DNA of 63,893 nucleotides, filler included, from Gonapodya sp. JEL0774 (GCA_027604505.1; 23 parts of 23 records of this genome joined end to end with filler, not necessarily neighbours in it), one strand, 5' to 3'; positions 1 through 11,752 are shown, counted from the whole stretch's first letter. A program made the numbers and translations. Notes: generated by a model not told the origin, from the sequence alone.

Positions 1-639
1 TTGCAGCAGAATCCAGGTGACTTTATTGATCATGACGGCATGTTACTCTTACGTGAGGTAATCTACGTGCGGTCTCCCCTTCTGCACACGCTCGCAGCCT
101 ACGTGAACTTCTTCCCCGAATACCATATACCCGCACTTGTCGTCATGGATGGAGTCACAGAGCTGGCTACTGCTATGCAAAACTCCCGTGAGGAGTATCA
201 GGAGGTCATTGCGGAGCTGGTATGGCTCGGCGCCCGTCACGGTCGGTGGTGGAAAGTAACCGAGACAGACTTTCGAGCGGTCGTAATCGCAGCGTGAGTG
301 AACTTCAGGACTCTTAAAATTAACCAGCTTGTAAATGTGACTTACGACATAATTCTTCACACCCTGGTCTCTCAAAATTACAACAATGATTAATGAAGAC
401 TTCACGCGCTCTCTTCCCACCACGAATGGACGCCTGGAGGCGCAAAGGATCTCCTCTCGTGGCGAATAGTTCTGTGCGAAATGGTGGCTGTGATGTGTCG
501 AGGTATCACGGCGGATGATCGCGAAGTGGGCCAAGTGAAGGCGAAAATCCAGTCAATGAAGGCCAAGAGCTCATATACGGACAAGTTTGCTGGGTCGACG
601 AAGGCAAAGAAGGCTAGGGACAGGTGTAAGGTGATGTGA
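1..639 (+). CDS. Globin-like protein with C-terminal polybasic + CaaX motif (5' truncated; intron 294-398)
   Basis: Splicing GTGAGT(294)..AG(398) gives ...VMDGVTELA...IAELVWLGARHGRWWKVTETDFRAVVIAALHALSSHHEWTPGGAKDLLSWRIVLCEMVAVMCRG...KAKKARDRCKVM*. This follows the globin F-G-H helix pattern (LGxRH, V..xDF..V..AL..AL, WT, W). Confidence 0.7.
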
Positions 640-923
640 GGAGCTCTCTGTTATCAATGTGTGCGCTGAGTACGTTGGCCGACATTGGCGACCGGCGAGA
701 GGATTGCATCAAGCTCGAAGAATCATTTATGTTCTATTTCGTTGGCACACATTGTCTTTCTTGCTATTTTGTCGGAAATATTCATGATTTTAATTTTTTG
801 AAAACTGAGTACATAATATGGAGAATCGGGCAGGAACCCATCTGACTGACGAACTTTCGAAACAGTACATTTTTCAGAGCAAAGTTCATCCGCTCCATCT
901 CATATCTCGTTCATGACGGAAAC

Positions 924-2405
924 CTACAATTTGCGCCACATATACAGGTCTGGCGCGAAGTTCATATCAAATTCGAGGTGAAGTCCGTTGGAGATATTGT
1001 TTCATTTAGCATTCCGAACGAGATTTGGTAGTAGAACCTCAGCAGCACTCACCAGTCACATAGGGCTGCGTCATAGTACCATGAAATTGATGCAGGACAA
1101 TCAATCGAAAGTGGTTAGTTGGTCAGCACCGACTGCCCAGCAACTTCTTCGTCGAGAAGCCAACCTCAACTCACATACTCCCACACGCCCTTTTCCCTGT
1201 CGATCCACACTCGTCCGAGCACGCTCTCGGCGGCCTCGTCTGCGGGCGACAAGATCTTTTCAATACTGTCGAGAACGGACTGCTTCTCCACTGGAGGGAG
1301 AATAGAAACGTAGGATTTCGAGAGAACACGGTCTGGTAAAATTTTACACGCGTGACAGGCGTTTGAGGGGAACGCAATAGGGCGTGGGGGCGGTATGTGA
1401 TCCAGTGAGGACGACGTGGAGCGGGACCAGATCAAACATACCTTTCACGCCTTGCAAGGTGGTCGGAATAGTCCTCCTAACATGCAATTCGTCTAGAGGT
1501 GCGAAGTGCTTCAGAAATAAAGGATTCGAGAGGAGTCTTCGCCATGTTCCGTGACGGTCTGGCGTTAACACGGGTTGAGAGAAGAGACGCCTGGTAGAGC
1601 ATACTAAATGATCAAATACTCGCATTGGGGGGTCTCAGGCCCTTCAAAGGCCTCGTAGCAATCGCGAACCTGCGACACCCAAGTGGCTGGAATTGGAGGT
1701 GCGCACATGCCCGTGGTAAACATGAGTATGGAAATCGGGATAGTACCGCTAGCTGAGACCAAAATGAAGTTTACCAGCATCCCTATCTTCCATATTCCAG
1801 AGAAGCGCTAGGACACCGCCTGGTCTCAGGGTCTGCGCAGCGTTCTGGACAAACCGGTCGTGGTCCAGACACCAGTGGAAAGCCTTAAATAAACTGCTTT
1901 ATTGGCTATCGGTCAGGAAAAAGGTGATTTTCGACAATATGTACGGACCTGCGCCGAAAATAAACAATCTGCGCCTGGGGAGCGTCCGGCATTGAACTCT
2001 TCGAAGGTTCCATCTTCCACGGTAAGGTCGACACTCTGCCCCTTGTACTTCTCCACAACGTTCCTTCCGAAATCTCTTCGCATTCCCTCTGAGGGTTCGA
2101 TGACTCTAATACTCGCGATGGGAGATGGGTTTGCTTCCGTGGTCTTGGCACTGGATGCTTCAAGCAGAGCACGAGTAGAGATTCCGGTTCCCGCTCCTAT
2201 TTCGACGATGCGCACCGGCCTTGGTGGATCTGGCACACACGCATTTAAAATCGCCAAAGTCGCCTGAATTGGATCTGGGGACGAGATTGGAGGATCAATC
2301 GTTGGTGACCTATTCGGCGAATTTCCACTCACAGCTTGGTCTTGCGCTATCGTAAAGTCCTGATGCCCCCACAGCATTGAAGCCCGTTCGCGCTACGGCG
2401 TGCAT
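924..2405 (-). CDS. Class I SAM-dependent methyltransferase, complete multi-exon gene
   Basis: Exons read MHAVARTGFNAVGASGLYDSARPS / IVEIGAGTG (motif I) / VIEPSEGMRR / AQAFHW / LRPGGVLALLWN / DRVLSKSYVS / PYVTDLYMWRKL*, joined by GT-AG introns. Confidence 0.88.
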
Positions 2406-2697
2406 TTTCGGGTGTCTGGTGTACGGCGAAACGTGCGTGGCCTGAAGGGACCGGGCACACTTCACCAGGCACCGACGATATTTTGTTTTCAAGTGCTGTG
2501 AGCGCCAAACACGAGGTCTGTTCGCTCTAAAGAGACATTTCAACCGCTCTAGCTTTGCGATCGCCTTTTCTCGTTGAATTCTTGTGGAATCATCGGACGG
2601 CATTCGCCCATAATCTTGTGGTCCGTGCCTCCTCTGCGATTCTAATTTATAGCTCACATTAACCCCCTCGAATCTTGTTCCCTGGGTGCTTGTAGAA

Positions 2698-2797
2698 NNN
2701 NNNNNNNNNNNNNNNNNNNNNNNNNNNNNNNNNNNNNNNNNTTAATTAATTAANNNNNNNNNNNNNNNNNNNNNNNNNNNNNNNNNNNNNNNNNNNN
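2698..2797. other. Artificial contig linker (44 N + TTAATTAATTAA + 44 N), first of 22
   Basis: The same 100-nt spacer recurs starting at 5495, 8291, 11086, 13878, 16669, 19459, 22245, 25030, 27815, 30599, 33378, 36156, 38934, 41711, 44487, 47263, 50039, 52813, 55587, 58358 and 61127. TTAATTAATTAA gives stops in all six frames. Contig lengths fall from 2697 to 2667 nt. Confidence 0.99.
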
Positions 2798-3623
2798 TGA
2801 AGGAGGAAGACTGCGAAAACCGTGTGAAACCGATTGGATTTCTGGCAAGCATAGAAGGGGAAACGGGTCACAGGCAACTTTGTTGCCCCCTTGCCCTTGA
2901 GGCGATGGGAGGCAAAACGGGAGACAGCTGGCACTCTGAAAACGCGGAGTTGGTCAAAGCACGAAAACTCTCAGAATATACAAAAAACAAAAATTAAGGC
3001 TCAGCATTGCTTCCAGCTTTGAAGCCGTTACCCTCTGTTTGCCTTTGTCCACAGGCTGCATGTAGAACCAGGCAGAACAGGAATCGGTACATAGAATTCG
3101 CAGGAACCAGCGGTCGGTGCGACGACCGGTGCGACGACGAGTGCGACTTGCATCCGCAGCCGCTTCAAAGTATCTGTTTTTTCTTAGATGCGCTCCTGTT
3201 TGAGGGGATGATCGGGGGATGTGGTGCCTGGTCGAATCGACTATGCAATGACTGGGCGAATTGGACTTTGCTGCTCAATTTTCCAAGACGGGCACTCTGG
3301 GGAGAGGCGAGCATCCCAGGCTACGGAAGCTGTGGATCAAGCGTAACGTGGTCGGCGGCGGAGCGTGGATCAGGCTGTGCAACAGCCATTGGACACGGGA
3401 CGCTGTGAGGAATTGAAGGAGGCCCGGCAGCTGGAGATATAAATCCACATCACGTTAGCGCAGCATTGGGCAGGTACTACGAGTTCGCGCATTATAATCA
3501 AATTCTTTGCTGAACCTCTCAGCCGGCGCGGACGTCGGCCGTGGGGGCAGTTCAACAATATTCATCATTTTCATTAGTTTCCCCTCTCTCATCTGAATAA
3601 TACGCACGATACACACATCCGCT

Positions 3624-4232
3624 TCATACTGCCGAAGTAGTTGCAGCTGGTTCCAGCAGATAATATATGTCGGTTCTCTGCTTGGTGGTGTCTTCATCGT
3701 GATCACCATACATCTCCCACGACCACCCTGCCGATTTCCTCTTGTTATCGTCCATCCACTTGCGAATTTCTTTATGAGTTGGGTGGAGCTTATCGAAGGC
3801 TCCGAAGTGACTCAACCTCACCGCCTCCCCAGACGGAATGTTGAAACAGTGTACCCCGCCTTCCGCCTCCTTGAACTCCGTTTTCACTTCCACACCAAAC
3901 TCTATATCCATCGGCGAGGGCATTGTCTTGGGGTGCTTGTAGAGGAAAACTGCGCAGCCACCCTTGCCCAGATCCGGAAGGTTCGACAAGAATTCACGCA
4001 CGGAATTGAGCGCAGGGGGGAAAGCCTTGGCAATTTCTGGCTGCGATACGCAAGCATGCACGGCCGCGATGGGAAAAGAGACAACCTGGACGATCTCTGG
4101 TGAAGCCTGAGCAGAACGACAAAGGGAGATGAGTCGTGGGATCAAGAGCCGAAAGGAGACTCTCCGATCGGCCGTGGCGCATGTGAGGGCAACGCTAATG
4201 TATCTTACAATAGCTGTCCCTGATGGCTCCAT
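3624..4232 (-). CDS. GyrI-like small-molecule-binding domain protein (probable in-frame intron 4107-4208)
   Basis: DIEFGVEV...IPSGEAVRLSHFGAFDKLHPTHKEIRKWMDDN...WSWEMYGDH...TDIYYLL is the GyrI/SbmC/AraC effector-binding pattern. A 102-nt GTAAGA...CTCAG intron follows MEPSGTAI. Confidence 0.85.
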   Translation of the reverse strand: MEPSGTAIVRYISVALTCATADRRVSFRLLIPRLISLCRSAQASPEIVQVVSFPIAAVHACVSQPEIAKAFPPALNSVREFLSNLPDLGKGGCAVFLYKHPKTMPSPMDIEFGVEVKTEFKEAEGGVHCFNIPSGEAVRLSHFGAFDKLHPTHKEIRKWMDDNKRKSAGWSWEMYGDHDEDTTKQRTDIYYLLEPAATTSAV

Positions 4233-4491
4233 TGCTTTCTCCTTTTTTCCTGCACTGTGATGGGCAGCATTGGATCATTGTAGGATATTCCGGTAGTACT
4301 GCGTCTTCTCATTGCAACGTGCACATGGTAATTAATGCCATCCGCACTCTTCGAGAATGGGAGAACTCTCAGGCACCGTCACGATCTGACCACCGAAGAT
4401 TCAATGGAGAAAATCTTATTGTGATGCTTGTTACCCTGGCAAATTCTCTGACCTGCCCTTCTTGTCTCTCTAGCGACAAGTACTAGTGCAG

Positions 4492-5494
4492 TCAGAACCC
4501 CTGGTTCAATGTTGAGTACTTTTCTCGTCCCTCTACGGCCGCCCTTCGCAACTTCTCCCACTCCCCCTCTATCATAATGATCACCACTTGTGCATCTCCT
4601 GGAGCAAACATATACGGACCACCCGGTGCAAGACCTTTGTCCACGTCAGTGCACGATGAGATGGAGACCTGAGAGCCGTACGTCACGATACAGAAGGATG
4701 TAGTGTAGGGAGCGCTGGGAATAAAGCCCTTGAAAGTCGGTCGCAGTATTATATTAGTGCTTGCACTCATCCAGTATCACGTACTCCCCAACACGACCGA
4801 GCACTCACAATCCAACGTTCGATGGGTATACCGGCCCAATTGAGTTGCCTAGAGGGTCCAGGCTGCAACCCACGTCAACGGTATCGCATAAGATAATTTT
4901 TGATTACCATAGTGCAGTACGTCACACCTGAATTCATGGATGCTGATTACTCACGGGATTCGTAATTGCCCCATGGATAGACGAGCTTCCCGCGTCAGCT
5001 AGACGCTCCTTCCACCTTCCGAACCATCATTGTGCTAAGCAAGAAGGACTCGATAAACTTCTAAAATGCATGGCTTCACACTTACCCATCCGGGATCAGA
5101 TTAGAGAACGCCGGCAATTTTCCAAGCCAGGTGTACACGTAAGGCTCAATGCTCTTCTTCATCCTCTTCATGCGGCGTGAGATTTCTTTGAGACGGGCCA
5201 CCGAGCTGGTGCGGTAGTCAGCGGGGAATGGAACCATCAAACCGGAGGACTGGTTGGTCATGGAGCGATCCCTGGGGTGTCGCACTGCCGAAGCTAGCCG
5301 CCCACAGAAAACAACGGAATGGAAGTCAAGTTGTGTGGTTCATTTATTGATACGGCACGGAACTCACTGGGAATCAAGAACCAAAAATCACCCTTTTCCT
5401 CTTGCCCCTTGCTTCTTACCCATGCCTCGACCCCACCAACTACTACTGCCACAAGCACGTCATTGAATGTGACGCCAAGCGTATCCTTCACCTT
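4492..5494 (-). CDS. Wax ester synthase/diacylglycerol acyltransferase (WS/DGAT) family, C-terminal part
   Basis: GVTFNDVLVAVVVGGV...FLIP, then N..S.LMVPFP...VARLKEISRRMKRMKKSIEP, then SFCIVTYGSQVSIS. Multi-exon and 5' truncated. Confidence 0.75.
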
Positions 5495-5949
5495 NNNNNN
5501 NNNNNNNNNNNNNNNNNNNNNNNNNNNNNNNNNNNNNNTTAATTAATTAANNNNNNNNNNNNNNNNNNNNNNNNNNNNNNNNNNNNNNNNNNNNTGAGGG
5601 AAGATTCTCAGATGATGGAAGTGGGGGATACCCACGATGCACTGGGAGACGAGACCGAGGACACGAGCGATGCGGAATCGGCCGAGTTCTTGGACTCATT
5701 TTCTCAAGTTTCAGTCAGTCAGACGCACTACTCGCACTCGGTGACCTCCACCTCCTCTACCCGTCGACAACCTCTTCAAAATATTCGCTCCCTGTCGGTC
5801 GCGAAGACCAATTTCAGCGGATCACCAGTTCTGCGTCGATCTCCCCGGAACATTCGTCGCGAACCACTGCGCATTCACACCGTTTCAAGCGTCGATGATG
5901 AGCTCAGCTCTGACTACCAACACGAGACCGCCGGCGGAGACACCGATGG

Positions 5950-6600
5950 CGAGGTGGAGCTTGATGGAGACCTGCCGGAGGAATTTAAATCTCACAACTG
6001 CGGCGCAAAGAGGGCCATGAAAGCCGTGTTTGGAGCGGGAACTGTTCAAGTGAAGCGCGTGAGGGGTGTGCCCAGCACGTGTACTTCGCCGAGCAAGGTC
6101 GGTCAACCAGTAGCAGCCGTAGGAGTTCTTCGCGGGGGACCATGTGGGAACACCAACGTGAAGACCAGAAGGAGGGCATAATTGTTGGCCGTATTTACAG
6201 GATCGAAAAGTATTCCTTTCATTGCGCACCCGCCCACATCACAAATGCAGTTGCGGGACTCTGCAGGTTATACAAGCCACATAAAAAAAGGGCGCTGGCA
6301 CATCAAACGTAATCATTCATGCGATCACATCCCTGCAAAAGCATGTCGGAATAAATCACTGCACTCTTATGTAATACAATAATAATTTGGACAAATCGAA
6401 ACATCCTGAATTATCTCCACATAATGGTAGGTTTGCGGCTTTTAGTGATACGAATTCTGCTCAAAGCGGATGTCAAACGTGTCGTTGACGCCCGCGCAAA
6501 AATGTTAAGTGAGCCGAAACTCCAATCATGTACTGCCATATACGGGTTGCAAAAGTTTCGGTAACCGGTCGAACACGCTGGAATCCGTATTTGATAGGAT
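5950..6600 (+). mobile_element. Possible decayed MULE/FAR1-type transposase N-terminal zinc-finger region
   Basis: EEFKSH..AKRAMKAVF..V.VKR, followed in shifted frames by KCSCG...WHIKRNHSCDH. Stops and frameshifts are present. Confidence 0.3.
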
Positions 6601-6747
6601 GAATTGATAATTCAGAATAGATAACGTCACCGTGAATCATTTAGATGCCCATGCGCAGTGTAACTAGTAATTAGTAGGGTCATACAAGCAAGAGTGGTGA
6701 AGCAAGCTCTCATCTGTACAAGTGCGAAGAATAAGTGGTCATAGTAA

Positions 6748-8290
6748 TTACACAGTATCATACCTTGCCCCAAGGTTTGAGCGCTCTGAAAGACCATTAA
6801 ATCTGATGGCGATGGCGCCAACATCCTTCAGCGCATTTTTCGCCGCAGCCATGCTCAGTTCCATTTGCGTTATTTCGTCCTCCGTTATTCGCGTGATAGG
6901 TCCAATATACCAACGTCTCGCGCTGAGGACCCAGGAAATAGACTGATAAATATCCGAGAATTCGAAGACGAAGGGGCAGCATACATGCAAATTGCAATAT
7001 CTTCAGTAATCCTCGGTACCGAAACCAAAGGCTAGCAGGAGATACACTCACCACAAAAAATGTCAAAGTCAGCACAGCAACCGATGCATAGTTGAAATTC
7101 GCAGCGGTAATAGGGAAAGAGCTTTGAACGAACATGTTTAAGTCCAATTCCAGCATGTAAAACGTAACCGCCAAGTACGTACAGTGGTAAACAGAGGAAG
7201 ACCGCTAAACCGGCAATCCACAGGACCGCAATCCACCCCAGTATTCGGGAGAGAGGGCCTAGGCTGAATTCGCCCCTCTAGCAAAATGTGATGTACGTGG
7301 AGACGTCATTCAAAATCAACGGGAGAGTTCCAAAACTTCATATTGAACTCTCACTTGAAAATTCTCCTTCGAAAACAAGAGCTTAGCGAAAATTGGAATA
7401 CCATACTTCGGTGTACAGAATAATTATGATCCAAGGTGAGGACGTGTTTGTGTCACTTGCTCGCGAAGACAACTCACTGTCAACATTATGCAAAGTGCGG
7501 GAACAGAAATTGCTCCTTGGATGCCTTCATTCGTTCCAAAGGTAGTAAATAGCAATATACACGCCCCTGTAAACGCGTTCATTTGAGATTTAGACCGAGC
7601 ACCAACTCGGACGTTGATATCAAAGAGGCCGCTCTCCGATCAAGACTTACCGACACATCCAAGCCATATCGTTCTGACTGGAAGTCGTGACGCTGGATGT
7701 GTCCATCGGAGTAGGGATGATAAAAAAGGGCCGAATCCGTCGTCTCGAGCGAAACAGAACACTATCAAATGCTTTCACGCGTGAGTCCATTAGTGACAGA
7801 CATCAGACAGTTCAGTATACTCACTTATTCGCGAGTTCCTTATGATCCGAGATAAGTAAGACAATCGATAGTTTTTCCAGTCGCATCGTTGAAATCCATT
7901 CATTCCTTGCGGTCCTATACCACTCACACACAAGCGGTGGCAAGTCCACAAAAATAAAACCCCAATCCTGCAATCGCAGCCAGAATGCTTGTCGCTGTTG
8001 TATTTCCTGTCGAATCTTTCAGAATGGAATACATATGTGCTCAGTATGGTAACAGAAACCGAAAGAGAAGAAACAACACGCACCGAGAAATGTTGTTGCT
8101 GACGTTATATATATATCCGTGCGATCTAGCGATTGGGTATCTTGAATCGTAAAAAGCATACCTACGCGGGGGTGACTTTATGATATCATACTGAAGTAAA
8201 TTATCCTTGTGCCGCTGAGTCAACATACCAACAATGAGAAAGAACCCCAGAAAAGAGCATGCCGCGACCGAATGCATAACACCCTTCGAA
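6748..8290 (-). CDS. APC-superfamily amino acid/GABA/choline permease, C-terminal part
   Basis: Spliced reading gives FARDDGFGPFLSSLLRWTHPASRLPVRTIWL ... GEFSLGPLSRILGWIAVLWIAGLAVFLCLP/LFPITAANFNYASVAV ... WVLSARRWYIGP. Confidence 0.85.
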
Positions 8291-8390
8291 NNNNNNNNNN
8301 NNNNNNNNNNNNNNNNNNNNNNNNNNNNNNNNNNTTAATTAATTAANNNNNNNNNNNNNNNNNNNNNNNNNNNNNNNNNNNNNNNNNNNN

Positions 8391-9830
8391 ATCCACTCTG
8401 GGCGGGACCAGGTAGGATTCAGGCCGAGCGAGATGAGGTCAGTGTCGGTGATTGTAAGAAGAATCTTGCGTACAGCATCTGGGAGAAGTGGACGAGGGGC
8501 GGAGTCAGCGTCCTGGTGATGGTTTGGGAATGGAAAGATGCGAAGATGCGAAGACAAGGGCGGAGCAGGTTTAGAAAAGTGGTTTTACGTCTAAAAACGG
8601 GCGAAGAAAAGCAAGAACGCAAGTACGACTCACGTCCGTCTCCTTGGGATAATTCGCGAACAATCCCATCCCCTCTTTCCGGATCCTCGGCTGCCGGCGG
8701 CCACAGCCTCCCATCCCGGCAACGGGATCTCTGCGTTCTCCGTCATCCTCGTCTTTCTCGTCCTGACCGATTGCACAGACCATCTTGGTCTTGCATGCAC
8801 TCCACACGGCACGGAATCGTGCTCGCCGGTCGCGAAGGCGGGAACGGCGGATGAAGTCGGGGTCAAGAGGGTTGGCTTTGAGGCGCCCACAGAAGAGACA
8901 GACAGATTCGAGGATCTTCTTTATAGTCGTAAGAAACCCTGTTATTTTAATGGAAATGTGTGTTCATGAAGGGTTATTTATAATGGAGGAGAGAGACAAC
9001 ATCAAGGTCCACTCCACGACGGAAAGACAGGAAAATCATTCCGAAAATACAAGTAATCCACAGCAGTGTTTTCAAAATGATACACTCCAAGGCTAAGTGG
9101 ATGCTCTTCCAGAGGGGAGAGTCAGTTGCATCCACCAAACTCACCCAAGTGAAACACAGGCTTGCACAACTCGATGTGACCGAAATGACCCTGACACCCC
9201 GTGCTATCTTCACCGCATGTGGCACAGCTGCGGTCGCGCTCCACAGTCCCCATGCGAGGGTCGGCGAGACCCCCAGTAACGGGTGAGCCGTCGTCGGCGC
9301 CTCCGATGTGGTAGGACTCAGGGTGGACGACAGTACAGGATGACATGGCCGTCTAGAATGATAAGACGTGGGTGGCCAGGAGCGAGAATAAGTAAAGGGA
9401 TATTGAGAGCGGGGGTGCGAAAAAAAGGGAAACAACTGGGATTGGGCAGAGCAGGGAAATCCGCGGCCTCCACTCAAGACCGGAGTCAGGCACACCGGCT
9501 GATCGCAGCTATTCATCGTTGGGATATGCAACGATAGTGTGTGCCCCCTTCTGTCAAAAGTGCACCAGAAGGGGGCGATAGACGACATTGGGATAGGGAC
9601 CTGCCGTTCGAGATCCCGTAGGATATCCGACTAGCAATTACTCGGTACATTCATTGATTTCCATTATGTTTGAGTGACGAAAGCCGTCTTGGCATTCCGA
9701 TTCACGCCCTCGGTTGCGTCAAACTCACCACTTCTTCAGGACTCAACAGCCCAAACTGGATCGCCCGGATCCTCCTGGAGGGAGCAGACGACTCAGAGTA
9801 GCCCAGAGTTCCTTGAGAAATGATACCCAT
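8391..9830 (-). CDS. RPB1: RNA polymerase II largest subunit, 5' part (introns include 9353-9728 and 8939-9144)
   Basis: SSAPSRRIRAIQFGLLSPEEV / GGLADPRMGTVERDRSCATCGEDSTGCQGHFGHIELCKPVFHLG / FLTTIKKILESVCLFCGRLK...CKTKMVC...GGCGRRQPRIRKEG / LGLNPTWSRPEW. Confidence 0.92.
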
Positions 9831-11185
9831 GACGAACGCGCTGGATGCGACGGTTCTAAAAGTGTATTTCTTCCGTTGAAAGGCGCACGGGCACCGAGGG
9901 CGGGAGAAAAGGACAGGAAGAGCCGACGAAGGGAATCAGACGCAGTCGACCCTCGAGCTTCGTTGGCACAAGCCGCAAGCGAGACGGGCGGTTGGTTTTG
10001 CGGCCGTTCTCGTCGATTGAAAGCCTTTCTGAGGTGACTTCAAGAGCAGGAGCGGGCGGGACGTGAAAGCCGTCGAGATCCAGGAAGCGGACGCCGAAAA
10101 CTCCGAACAGCAGCTTCTTAGATATCGATGCTGGCGTGGTTCCGCGGTGTCCCTGTCCGCGCGAACCGTCTGTATGGGTGAAGTGAGAGAAATTCAAGGT
10201 GGGGCAAGTGGCACAAGTTTTGTGTCACCAGGTCTCGAAACACCAACACTTTGCCAAAACTCCATGAGCAAAACTGCGCAAACGCCTGCACATCCCAGAC
10301 AACGGGCTGCGCTTCCTTTCTATGCCGTCAACTGCTTGTCTACTGGATTTCACTGGGAATCATCGTCTCCTTCTTCCTCTAATGGGAGCCTTTGGGCCGC
10401 TCGTTTTCGCAAAGTGGTGCTGAGCCACCTCACCCCGCCTCCTCGCCATCTCGCCAAATAAAATGAAAATCTTTCGCGAAAAAGGAGTCTCGGCAGTTTG
10501 TATACGCTATTTTCTCGGAAAGAACTTTCAGAGAGTCGGACCGGAGCTTTGATCCAGAAATGCAGCATCGCATAGTCACTTGGGGCCTCCGCGCGATGCA
10601 GTTGAAGTGAATCGATAGTCCCCACTGATCATCTCCTGCGTGAAGCCTATCTCTATGAACTGGAGCTTTTCTGTCAACGAACATGATTTGGATCCATCAT
10701 TCGATGTTGCTTTCGATGAATTGATAGTCTCCTAAGGTCGGCAAATGAAAGCCATTGCTAATTTATTCTCATAGTATGATGCTGATGTGAGCTTCAGCAT
10801 TCACGGGAGTCCTCGCTCGGTGAAGGCCACCCGGGATCAGAATTCCGCCGAACAGACGTCCATGTTTTATTCTTCCCAGTTCCTTCACTTCTAATGCTTT
10901 CATCTGCTTGCTCGCTGTTGCGCAATCGCTCACTTGCGCTCAAAGGACTCGAAAATCCAAGTGTCTCTATCTCCGGCTAGTTCTTGGGATACCACGACGC
11001 TGCCAGCGTGTTGAACGGCTTCCATTGCTTAAGTCATTGTCCACATCGGACCTGCGGTCTCGTTTCACTCTTTTTCTTCGCTTGCNNNNNNNNNNNNNNN
11101 NNNNNNNNNNNNNNNNNNNNNNNNNNNNNTTAATTAATTAANNNNNNNNNNNNNNNNNNNNNNNNNNNNNNNNNNNNNNNNNNNN

Positions 11186-11752
11186 GCACGATGGGACAGG
11201 TTGAGAGATGCTGCTCGGAAGAAGAGGGCGCAGAAGATTGCAGCCGCTGGTGGAAGCAAGACCAAGGAAAGAGATTCCGTAAATGGAGGGAGTGATTTGG
11301 AACCAGACGCTGCGCCGGCGAGGGAGGGGGCTGTGTCGCATCAACGACTGTCCAGCTCACCACTCGTCGCATCTCCTTCACCTTCAACATCCCCCACCGC
11401 TGTTTCGTCTATCCCGTCGTCATCACCTGCTCCTATTCCTCGTGGACTTGCTGCCCTCCTTTCAGGCACTTCGTCGACCACCAAGTTTAATGGTGTAATA
11501 CGGCGAGCAAGTGCGAGCTCTCGTCTTGATGGTCCTACGCCAGACATGGCGTCTCTTGCCACCCTCCCGCCTTTCGCTGCGTCCTCGGTGCCCATTCACA
11601 GACCACGAAAGGTCTCTGACGCAGCTCAATATGCGCATTTAGTCTTGGATGAAGGCGCTGGAATGAGTTACGCCGCGGTAGGAGGTGGCGCGGACGCTAT
11701 GGTAGGGGTCGGAGAGGGGTGGGATGGTGTTATGGTCTTTGGGATGGAATAG
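11186..11752 (+). CDS. C-terminal exon of an unknown Ser/Pro-rich protein
   Basis: Open frame from the contig edge to the stop at 11752. Low complexity with a basic patch (RKKRAQK). Confidence 0.55.
   Translation, partial: ARWDRLRDAARKKRAQKIAAAGGSKTKERDSVNGGSDLEPDAAPAREGAVSHQRLSSSPLVASPSPSTSPTAVSSIPSSSPAPIPRGLAALLSGTSSTTKFNGVIRRASASSRLDGPTPDMASLATLPPFAASSVPIHRPRKVSDAAQYAHLVLDEGAGMSYAAVGGGADAMVGVGEGWDGVMVFGME

Noticed and set aside
2742..2753. TTAATTAATTAA recurring about every 2.8 kb as a repeat array or CRISPR-like element
   Set aside because: It is always embedded in N runs, so it is an assembly or concatenation linker.
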